In this document: in pieces, positions 54,210-64,000 of the stretch
Position numbering within the stretch: the stretch's first letter is position 1
How the letters are laid out: each line of letters starts with the position of its first letter
Notes under the pieces: generated by a model
Database searches by the model: none
Seen by the model: only the letters and a program-made list of their open reading frames with translations
Told to the model about the DNA's origin: nothing
Program-made: the position numbers and the translations under genes
NCBI GenBank assembly: GCA_025201805.1
Contig: MU619250.1
Location: forward strand, 21,300-85,299
DNA: 64,000 bases
Source of the DNA: Parasitella parasitica NRRL 2501
Lineage: Eukaryota > Fungi > Mucoromycota
Direction: 5' to 3'

Positions 54210-54806
54210 TGTTGTTATTGAATATGATATTGGATGAGGATATGATCAGAAAGAAGAGATTATTTTTCATTCAGTTGCTTTTCTTGCTACAGAAAAAGTG
54301 TAATGTATAAGGGATTTAGTAAAGAGATAAAAAGGGTGAAGTACTACAGTCTTCTCTTTTATATCAAAATTTTCTAGTGGAGAGCGGTACTCCGAAATGC
54401 TTGACAAACAGATAAAAAAGGGATTGTGGTACGCTCCAAGTAGCAAAATTACTCAAATAAGTAATGAGCATCAACCTTATGAGTAATCAAATTTATCATG
54501 CACCACTCATCAACGTTGGCTTGTGCACATCATTCATTAGGAAAGATTGAACAAGATTGAGATGATCTCTTCATAACGTTTTGCCTGTTATCTAAGAGTA
54601 TCTGTTTCACAATTATTATGTTGTGTTGGATGCTTTTTCAAAGTAGAATATCCAGTTTGATATCGTTCAGCTGTGATTGAACCAAGTACACTTATTGTAC
54701 ATGATGTGACTTTCAGGGATACATTTCAACTAATCCATCATGACACCCCCCCCCCAGAATGTCATTTTGCTTTTTATTTTTTCTCCTTTGATTGCGAACG
54801 TACACA

Positions 54807-55293
54807 ATGCTTTCTGCTGTCCGTTCTAGCCTAATTCGTGGAGTCAGATACTCACACAGCTCTGCTGTCAACAGCACTATCCCTTCCCCTCGAGGTATAT
54901 TCATTTAATACAGGCAGAGTAACATATAATAATGACATATACACCCTAGGTCAAACTCAGGATGTCGCATCGTTTTTGAAGGCCATTGGCCGTGGATGTG
55001 AGGAATTTGCTGGCAAATACGAGGTAGGTTAACGAGTTTACGGACTGGGATGCGTCATTTATACGTTAAATAGTCTTGGGATCACTTGTTTACTACAGGT
55101 AGTCGAGTCATGAAGACTGACATGGGTATCAACACAAAGCAAAGAAAGTAAGTTCCAATTTTCCTGGTTATCATGGCAACACCATAATTAAAATTAAAAA
55201 AAAAAATTCAGGTACATTTTAAGTTGGTTACAAAGATATAGAAATGGTGTTGAACCTTATGCAATTGCAACTCCTGGTCTCAAGAAAAAGTAG
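54807..55293 (+). CDS. FYV4: Mitoribosomal protein mS41/Fyv4 (IGR motif), 4 exons
   Basis: Arg/Ser-rich presequence; DVASFLKAIGRGC...SWDHLFT..SRVMKTDMGINTKQRK|YILSWLQRYRNG. Confidence 0.85.
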
Positions 55294-55389
55294 AATATTC
55301 AAATTAACTTTATTGATTGAATAAATACGAATAATGTATATGTATAAATACTCAATTCCGCTGGCAAAATACTATGATGATCATGACAT

Positions 55390-55714
55390 CTACCAATCAT
55401 TCACTTTACATGGATTAATAGATCTACCACCTTTTGCAGCAAAGCCAGTGTCGAGACTAAATTTCCAATTATGCTTTGTACAAATCAAAGTACGCCCAAC
55501 AACTTGACCGTAACTAAGTAGATCAACTTTCTTATGGGGGCAATATTGATCTGCTTCGAATATATCACCATCATTTGTTCGTACACGAATGCGATTACCA
55601 CCTACAGATTTGATGGGACGACCAGTAAACACTTTGGGTTTCTTTTGAACTGGCTGTTGCTGTTGGATTTGTTGTTCAGGATTCTTTTCATCACATTCGG
55701 AATCGCTGCAACTA

Positions 55715-55749
<35 letters not shown>

Positions 55750-56627
55750 AGATGTATTTGGTTCATCACCGTTCATCACTTGCTGTATGATAGGAGGAGT
55801 ACCTACATTAATTGGATCTAATTCAGAGAAAGAAACCGACTTTTTTTTACTGCTTGGGGAAGAAGGTGACATTGGCTCGTCGATAGCAGTATCGACCTTC
55901 AAATTTTGAATTGTGTTACGGATAGTTTCAGGGTCTTCACTGACGACACCTTCAGCAAACAAAGGCTTTTCATCTCTACCATCAGATAAAGGAAAACTGC
56001 CAGTTGATATCGGTGAACCCAAGCTTTTTATCTTGCTCTTCTTTTCTTTCTTTTCCTTCTTCTTTTCTTTTTTCTTTTGCTTCATTTTCTTTTTGTCTTT
56101 TTTGTTTTCTTGCTGCATTCCGCCAGGATTTAATGCTTTTCTTAAAAGGTCTTTAACAATGGGTAGTAATTCAATCGCTTTCCAACTGCTTTTTGACAGT
56201 TCGCGTAAGTCACTGACCTAAATGAGTGCGAAACATATCTAGTTTGAATATCTAGGGAGAAAAGTATAACTTTATGCATACATACGTAATACAATCGATT
56301 AAGCTCCATCGTTTGAATGTCTTGCTGGATCTGTGGTTCGGACCATTTACGATCTTGACCAATTTGTTCCAATAACGTAGATGTTCTCTATTTCTATGTG
56401 GTTAATGAATAGTAGTAATGTTTTCAGCATATGCTCGTGTACCATGGAATCGGGCAATGGTATATGCTGGATATCTAGACATTAAAGTTAGCCAAAATAT
56501 ACAGCGGTATCGTTGATATATATATATATATGGAAACCGTACCTGTACTAGGACTTTGGCTCGCAAGTCCAGAAGCAAGATAACTTTCAAAAAGATTGTA
56601 GCCGCCTCCACCTTTATTTTTACCCAT
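55390..56627 (-). CDS. Uncharacterised protein: SAM-like helical domain, Lys/Ser-rich linker, C-terminal Rieske [2Fe-2S] domain; 4 exons
   Basis: Spliced N-terminus MGKNKGGGGYNLFESYLASG...LLEQIGQDRKWS...ELNRLYY|VSDLRELSKSSWKAIELLPIVKDLL; C-terminal CPH and CTKHNWKF Rieske ligand motifs. Confidence 0.75.
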
Positions 56628-56726
56628 ATTAATGTACGATGTGTGTGAGAAAATGAGAATAGAGGGGGAGGAAAGAGAGAATGGACTTTATTTATAGTGT
56701 TGAACCTCTTGATTGATGGTCATTCC

Positions 56727-57655
56727 TTATTTACATGGTGAATGTGACTCTTTAAACTCTTCAATACGGTATTTTGTCAAGGATAACTCATCCAACAACG
56801 TATTGATCTCATCATCATACCCCGCAAGGACTTGGTCAAAGTGCAATCCCTTTTCATTTGCTGCCTCCAAAAGGCTTATCAATTCTTCATAGATGGCTTG
56901 ATTTTCAGTCATTTCCTGCTTATTGGATTCAATGTTGGTTTTATGTTTGATCATTTGTAGCATCTTGTGCTTAATCTCGAGAGCCTGCTGTTTTTTTGAA
57001 GTAAGTTCTTTGCTTGCAGATTGTATTTTCGTCGCTAGCTCTTCTTTTTGCTTGATTGCCTGCTCTAAATCATCCTCTAAATCTATTGTTTCCTCTTTAC
57101 CAGTTGTACTGCCTTTTGTGGTCGCAAGACTAGGCTCAGAGTGTAAGAAAGTGGGATCCTTGCGGTGGTGTATTTTGATTTTTGATTCAGGATAATCGTG
57201 CAATTGCTCGATAGAGTGCGGTGAGGGTGATCGACGAGAACTTTCTGGCGTGTATACAACAATATCCTCTTTTTTATTACCAATTACACTGGTTGGTTTC
57301 TCTCCTTCTACACGTATCTGGAAGAAACGTTTGATTTAACACTCTCGAATATTTTTACCTCTTTGTTTTCATAACTACCTTTGTTTGGTTCACTCTAGTC
57401 TCCTGTAATCCAAACTTTGGAACGGCATGCTTAGAGATTTCCTGTTGTAAACCAAGTTTTAATGTTAGGATATAAACTTGAGACCGAGTCAGTTTATTGA
57501 TCACTTACCTTTCTGTCCACTGATTTCTTTGCATCAACCACTGCTTTCTGCTAAAAACGAACATATGTCAGCATTTTTGGGTTTTTTATTCACATGTAGA
57601 CATTTACATTTTCACTCTTCTCAGATAGGGGTATAACGTTTTCTTTAGTACTCAT
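56727..57655 (-). CDS. Hypothetical coiled-coil protein, multi-exon
   Basis: Short 5' exons from MSTKENVIPLSEK; last exon is an E/K/Q/L-rich heptad region. Confidence 0.55.
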
Positions 57656-58829
57656 ATTTATTGTTTTTTGAATGAAAAAGGAAAAGTTGTGTAGATACAA
57701 ATACAGGCTTTTGGTGCTGGGTGACTGGGTTGATTCGAGGGAAGCGCGATCAAACATCCGCGTTCAAGCAATGCTCAGATGCACCGATCACTCCTCTAAA
57801 TACTAACAATACCTAAATGGTCTAGAAGTGTGAATAGCTATTTTTTTTTAGCCATTGTAGCCTGATATACTCTGGATGAAAACTGAGTAAATGTGAAATG
57901 TGAATGATAAACCACAAATCCTTGATAAAAATAGATTCTGTGCGTCGAAAACTTGTTCTTTAAACAATGGAGAACACCAACATGAACTGAGCACTTGAAA
58001 TTGTCCTTCAAATAAGTATGAACTCGTAACTAATATCTGATGCATTTGTAGGTGAGAAACTTGTAATAAAGAATCTTCTAAATTTTAGCAATTTTCAGTA
58101 TGGTATTTGTTAATCTAAAATAAATATTCATTTGGCTTTTAAGGCGTTAATTATGCAAATTAAGTTCTGTTAGCCGAATATCACGTTTTCCTTTATCTGA
58201 TTACTACTCAAGTCTCTTTCCTAAAATTGTTAAAATTAGTGCTGGTAACATACAATCAAGTCCTCTACAAAACTGACTTGGTTTATATTACATGTTAATG
58301 TAGTAAAGTGTAGAGATTTCGTTTAAAAGGCGTAAAGCATGTCCCTATAAATCAAATCTGATACAAATGAAAAACGCAATGGTTATACATTTTTGCACCA
58401 TAAATTTATTCAGAGTGTGTCACTATTGTCGAAGGTGGATCTTTGGTTTAGCTGAGGTCAGGAGAACGAACAATACAAGATGGCATTGATATCTTAAAAT
58501 AGTTCCTTGATAACGACAAGCTGAATGATACATTATATATGCAGCATTTATATGAGTAATTTAATAATTCATAATGGGGGGTTTTTTTTTATTGCCTTCA
58601 CTCAGAACCTTTGAAAGCGAAAATAGAATCAATAACCTCACAAACAGACGCCCTACTAAACAATTAGCTAATAATACCAATAAAAAGACAGCTACAGGGC
58701 TGGCCGCATGGTAATTAGAAGTAACTGCCTTACGTAAAAACGCTTTGCAAACAATGAATTGGTTTCAATAACCACATATATAAAGACACCTATATTTACT
58801 TTGCTTTTGCCTTCATCTGTATTTTTATT

Positions 58830-60216
58830 ATGAAATTAACTTGTCTCTTGGTTGTTGCAGCTTCGTCTGTGCTACTTTGGGCGGAAAATGCCATTGCTTC
58901 TGATAATAAAGCTAAAACTTCTAAAGGCACTTCTAAAAAAGTACTTACTGGGTAAGAAGAATAGATATGCTGCGTATTGAAGAATGAAAGGGCTAATTCC
59001 CACACACACATACATAGATACTTTCCAAATTGGTTGTATGAGAGTTACCGACCAAGCGATATTGATTTCTCGGCATACACGCATATCAACTACGCTTTTG
59101 CTAATCTGGTGAATACAACCCTCTCCACTTGGGGTGATCCTTCTGTTTTCAACGGTAATTATAACTAAAATGGATGCTGAATTCATATATTTATATATGT
59201 ATGACTTTTATTTAGCAACTGCTGATTACAGCTTCCCGACACTTGTCAAGTTGGCAGATGCAGCTGGCGCCAAGGTTATGATCAGTAATGGTGGTTGGGC
59301 AGGTGGAACCAAATTCAGTTCTATGGTAGCTTCACCTTCTGCCAGAAAAAATTTTATTGAATGGAACGTTGGCTACGTCTCTGAATATAATTTGGCTGGT
59401 GTCGACCTTGATTGGGAATACCCAAACAATCCAGGCCCTGGATGTAATGAGTACAGCCCAGAAGATGTACCTAACTTTTTGCTCCTCATTAAGGAATTGC
59501 GTCAAGCATTGGATAAAGCTTTCCCCAAGGAACACAAGGACATTACTTTGGCCGTCTTCGCTACCCCTTGGGGCCCCAAACAGGAAGAAAAAGACGTGTC
59601 TGCATTTGTGCCTTACGTAGATCGTTTCAACCTTATGATATTTGATTTAAACTTACCTACTGATCCAATGACTGCACCCAACGCTCCTTTCAAGACTGAG
59701 CCTGGCAAAGGATATCAATATGGTTTTGTCGAGAGTGTTGAATTTTGGCACCTTGCTGGTGTTCCTTACGAGAAAATTGTAGCTGGTGTCTCCTTCTATG
59801 GTCGTGCGAGGACAGTTACTGTATCCAAAGACCCTACTACCCAATATATCCCTGCCGCAACTCCTTATCGCGCTCTAGGTGACTCTGACGATGGGCCATG
59901 GACAAACCTTTACTGTCCAACCGATAGCTTTCCTTCTTCTGGTACGTGGAAGTACAAAAACCTTCGTTCTCAAGGCGTGCTTTCAACACCTACTACAGCC
60001 GCTGAGCCATGGATCCGTCATTTCGATAACGTCACTCAAACACCATGGCTATACAACCCCAGAGACAAAGTATATATTTCATACGATGATCCCGTATCAA
60101 TTGGTGTTAAGACACAGTGGGCTATTGACAAAGGGTTAGCGGGAATGTTTTGCTGGAGTGTTGAAGAAGATAATGGAGAGCTTCTTGATGCAATGAGACC
60201 TCTAATCAAAGGTTAA
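58830..60216 (+). CDS. Secreted GH18 chitinase, 3 exons
   Basis: Signal peptide, GYFPNW, YTHINYAFA, SNGGW, intact catalytic DLDWEYP, ISYDDP, GMFCW. Confidence 0.94.
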
Positions 60217-60516
60217 TAGCTATTACCCTTAGTATTCATTTTTAAGCAGAGAAATCTCGCTGTTTGTAATAAAATTGACTCCAAAGAAAATCATGGTAAA
60301 ATGGGATACTTTCGACTTTGCGTTCGTTTACAAAAAGACCTCAAACTTAAATTTGGAGTAATTCAGCACAGTGTGGATAGTCAGATAGGCGGCTGTGCTG
60401 TTACGGCCATTAAATGTGAATGTGGGGCTTCTACATTTTTTGACCTTGCTTATTTTGAAGATTTAATCATTGTTTAATCTGTATTAGCACGAGTTTTAAT
60501 TATATGTGATAAAACT

Positions 60517-62076
60517 TTAGTGATCATGTTCCTTTTCATTGGCCCAAATCTCGGCATTGCTCTTCGCTACTTGATTCATTAAACCAACCTGATCAGCCAC
60601 AGACTTGAGCGCACCCAAGACAACGCCGTTGCCAGTGGAAAAGTTGTACATGTAGTAGTGAAGGCCAACTTGGTCGCAAAATTCTCTCACCAGCGGTACA
60701 CATTGACGCAAGTTGTGGCGAGGCAGTCTAGGAAACAAATGGTGCACTGCTTGGTACTGTAATCCGCCATGAAACCAGTCAAGCCACTCTGGGCAATCAA
60801 CATCCATTGTAGTGCGTAGCATTTTAGCTGCAAACGGCTCGGTTGGACCTCTGTCCTCGGTAGACATGCCAAAATGGGATAATGTAATTTGCACATGCAG
60901 TGGAAAAGTCAGCATATAAGAAACCATGAGATAGGCTAAACGAATGTTCCAGGTGGGTAGGGTCGACAGCAGAGAGCCAAACCACACAAAAAAAAAGGTG
61001 ATGCCAACCAGCTCCAGTGTTCTTGTACGGACGTTCTTGCAGGTCAAAAGGTACATAAACGATAGCCGATGCAAATTGAACCTTCCAAAGGACAGGACAA
61101 GGTAATACAGATAGTGCTGGTGTCTGATAAAGAAGCGAGAAGCGGCGTCAAACTTCAAAACTCGGTTGTAGTAGGTAGAGTAGATGCTGTTGAAGAATTT
61201 CGCTGTGATGGCAAAAAACGGTATATGTTGGATATCTGGGTCGTGTTCGGGATGATTTGTCACAATATGATGCACATTGTGGTTGTCTTTCCACCAGCCC
61301 AGGCTGAGCCCGCCTATAAAGTCTGCAATAATGACACCAATGATATGGTCGATTTCTGACCTGCCAGTGATTTCGTTGTGCCCCGCATCATGAGCAGTAA
61401 ACACTAGCTGGTGCCAGAACATGGCCATGAAAGCAGCGCCTGCCATGTAGTGCCATGTTTCTGTTCCTTTCAGCGTAAACCACAGCGACAGAAAGATGAA
61501 AAGAATGTATCGGCAGCATTCTCTTGCGTATTTCCAGTAGTTACATTTGAATAGTCCTCGTTCATAGAGCTCAGCTTCTAATTTTCTATATGCATCACGG
61601 ATTTGATCACCGTCTAAATCTTTTTGAAAAACTGCATCTGTTTTCAAGTCGTGTGAATGATGTTTATGCAGATCGTCTATGGCATCATCAAAGGCTCGTA
61701 AGGTTAAGCCGCCCTCCCAGGCTGCCGTTAGCACCGGCTTGGCCTCTTTCTTTGTGCTAGTGGGCTGATATTTCACTGACGCTGGCCTTATCACATCTGG
61801 CATGTAGTCGCCAATGCAGTATAAATTAATCATCTTTTCGTATACCTGCGGAGGGTGCATAGTCCGGATCTCATCAGTGACATCCCTGCCTAATGCGCTT
61901 TTTATTGCTGCTTCGCCGCCCGGATGTTTGGCCATGAAATTGTTGACTTTATAGACTTTTTGCTCATAAATAAATACAGAGTCCCCCTGTTTGATGATTT
62001 CTTGGAACTTTTCTGGCGTAATGATACGCGTTGAGTTTGATGATGGCAGTCTATCAGCAGCGGTGTTTGGTGGCAT
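60517..62076 (-). CDS. Cytochrome b5-fused front-end desaturase (Mucor Delta6-fatty-acid / Delta8-sphingolipid desaturase type), intronless
   Basis: HPGG heme motif; histidine boxes HDAGH, HNVHH and QAVHH. Confidence 0.93.
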   Translation of the reverse strand: MPPNTAADRLPSSNSTRIITPEKFQEIIKQGDSVFIYEQKVYKVNNFMAKHPGGEAAIKSALGRDVTDEIRTMHPPQVYEKMINLYCIGDYMPDVIRPASVKYQPTSTKKEAKPVLTAAWEGGLTLRAFDDAIDDLHKHHSHDLKTDAVFQKDLDGDQIRDAYRKLEAELYERGLFKCNYWKYARECCRYILFIFLSLWFTLKGTETWHYMAGAAFMAMFWHQLVFTAHDAGHNEITGRSEIDHIIGVIIADFIGGLSLGWWKDNHNVHHIVTNHPEHDPDIQHIPFFAITAKFFNSIYSTYYNRVLKFDAASRFFIRHQHYLYYLVLSFGRFNLHRLSFMYLLTCKNVRTRTLELVGITFFFVWFGSLLSTLPTWNIRLAYLMVSYMLTFPLHVQITLSHFGMSTEDRGPTEPFAAKMLRTTMDVDCPEWLDWFHGGLQYQAVHHLFPRLPRHNLRQCVPLVREFCDQVGLHYYMYNFSTGNGVVLGALKSVADQVGLMNQVAKSNAEIWANEKEHDH

Positions 62077-64000
62077 TATCTTAATATATAAAAAATTAAG
62101 TAAAAGAAAGGTAACAAGAAAGGGGATGAATGTCCAACGAGCTATTTAAGCAACAATAGGAATAAGAAAGAAAGGAACCACAAGAATTCAAGGGAGTTTT
62201 GTTGTACAGCTTTATATTTATATCTTTGGAGTTCTAATGCCGTTTTTGTGCAAATGTTAATTAAACAAACCAATCGTTCTTCATGGGGTGTTTCCAGCTA
62301 ACAACTCTATATTTCAGTCTATCATCGTATTATTGATATATAAAAGTTAAAATCCGTAGCAATAAATAGTAAACAATAAACAAAGAAGAAACGAGCTCTG
62401 TCTTTGTGTGTCTGGACAATCAACAGCGCCATAATCAAAAGTCCTGATTTACCATTGTCATTTACGCTTTCATAGTATAGATAGGAGAGGGCTGGATTTT
62501 GTTCTGCTGGAAGCGCATTTCATTATATAAGTGGCTCATGTAGGACGAGATCAAATATTGCTGTTTGTTGAGAAGCTTCTTTTTTTATTTGTATAAACAG
62601 ATGAAATATAATTGATCGTATTATTTATTTACCTTTGTTTTACATAATCCAACACAGCACGTCTTATTATGTGAGGTTACTTGGCGTTTAAATCAGACTT
62701 GGCAATTTAACCATCAAATACGCATCCTAATCAAATCAAGTCAATTTGTAAATCAAGGGTTTTATGCGTGTCAATTGACCAGGAAATAAGAAAAACCCCT
62801 TGCATCTTTGTATATGTAACCGGATCCTTGTACAGATCAGATACGGCAATATTCATGATTTATACAATATCAGATGCTATACCGTACTTCATTGTTACAC
62901 TAAATTGCTTGGTTGATTGACTATTTGCAAATGCTTGGTTTCCGTCCATTCCAATCATCATTTTCGACATGGTAATCGACACATTTAGGAAAACACGCTA
63001 CTTTTCAGTTGATTTTGGTACAAATTGCGGGGAAAGTATTGTACACCAACAAAACAAGAAGGTGCACTGATTATAACGGCAGCCATGGTTTTTTATATTG
63101 GTGTAGATGATAAAAATAAATAATAGCTGCATTTGATTGTTATTACAGGTTATCAAGTTAGGGTAGAAACTAAACTAGGTTGTTTCAGCTTATATTGTAT
63201 CAAATCATTCTACTTTTAAAACATAATGTTAATACTAGTAAAAATAAACTCTGAAAATTACACATCTATTGCCAAGCAATTTAATTTTAACAGTTCACAT
63301 GGATAAAAGTATATAGCCAACATATTTTATCTTGGCAGGTGGATCAATTTGAAAGACTGAAGTCGTTAATTTAAGATTACGTTTGCTGAAACTGGGATTT
63401 GAGTGTCTGTTTTAGCCAAGTATGTGTATTTGCCTAATGAATAATCTGAACACTTTTTGACCAAATGGTAATATTCTCATAGTACCTTTTCAATTTTGGT
63501 TATTTATAACTTATCCCACTGTACCTTAATCTTTTTTCACAATGCGAGGTGTTTCAATAAACAAATGCTTTGAAGCACAGTTGTTGTGCCAGAAAGGCAT
63601 GAGATTAAGCAATTATTAGATTGGTAATTCTTTGTATACAATGACAAGGAATAAGCTATTAATGTACAATAGAACATGTAATAAACTTGGTATGTAATAC
63701 CAAGTTCAATGTTTAACCATGATGACAAATAGTGTTACAATAGATATAATCTAGTATAAAAAGATGGCATTTTCTTATCAATAAAGTCATTAGTTTTTGT
63801 GTCTGATTTTATTTTTATAAAGTTATACATTTTTTTGAGCAAATTATATTTATACTGTGCTTCCACTCCCAATTTACCGAATTTTTGAAAACTCCGCCCA
63901 CTTTTTTGAATTGTTTTGGACATTTTTGTGAGGCTAAATTGCCCAAAAATTTGAGACTAATTTGACCAGATGTTTGAAGCTAATTTGACCAATTTTATGA

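Overview
AT-rich, intron-dense eukaryotic DNA from a Mucorales-type fungus (inferred from 50-70 nt introns, gene content and a Mucor-type cytochrome b5-fused desaturase), with two assembly gaps (13120-13392, 23576-24180). About 30 protein-coding genes, mostly housekeeping: ENA-type P-type ATPase, SDR, FHA-forkhead factor, SAD1, TRP14-like thioredoxin, allantoicase, PTR2, VPS20, SEC28, RPC82, TDG/MUG glycosylase, cAMP phosphodiesterase, GlcN6P deaminase, PFS2, DHX35, NUP170, TVP38, MATE, FYV4, GH18 chitinase and a Delta6/Delta8-type desaturase. Manual splicing recovers a 10-exon TRAX (C3PO nuclease) gene at 20026-21290 that the ORF track misses. The most unusual region is 12.3-16.4 kb: an orphan two-zinc-finger gene with one in-frame TGA, bracketed by an apparent inverted pair of nested GGAACGCA repeat arrays and by 0.6-0.75 kb direct repeats. 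It looks like an unclassified mobile element, but its left end lies in a gap. Other points of interest are a SAM-like plus Rieske [2Fe-2S] protein, a receiver-domain (RegA-like) phosphodiesterase, a secreted beta/gamma-crystallin-like protein and two GC-AG introns. Exon boundaries were read by eye; no database searches were run.
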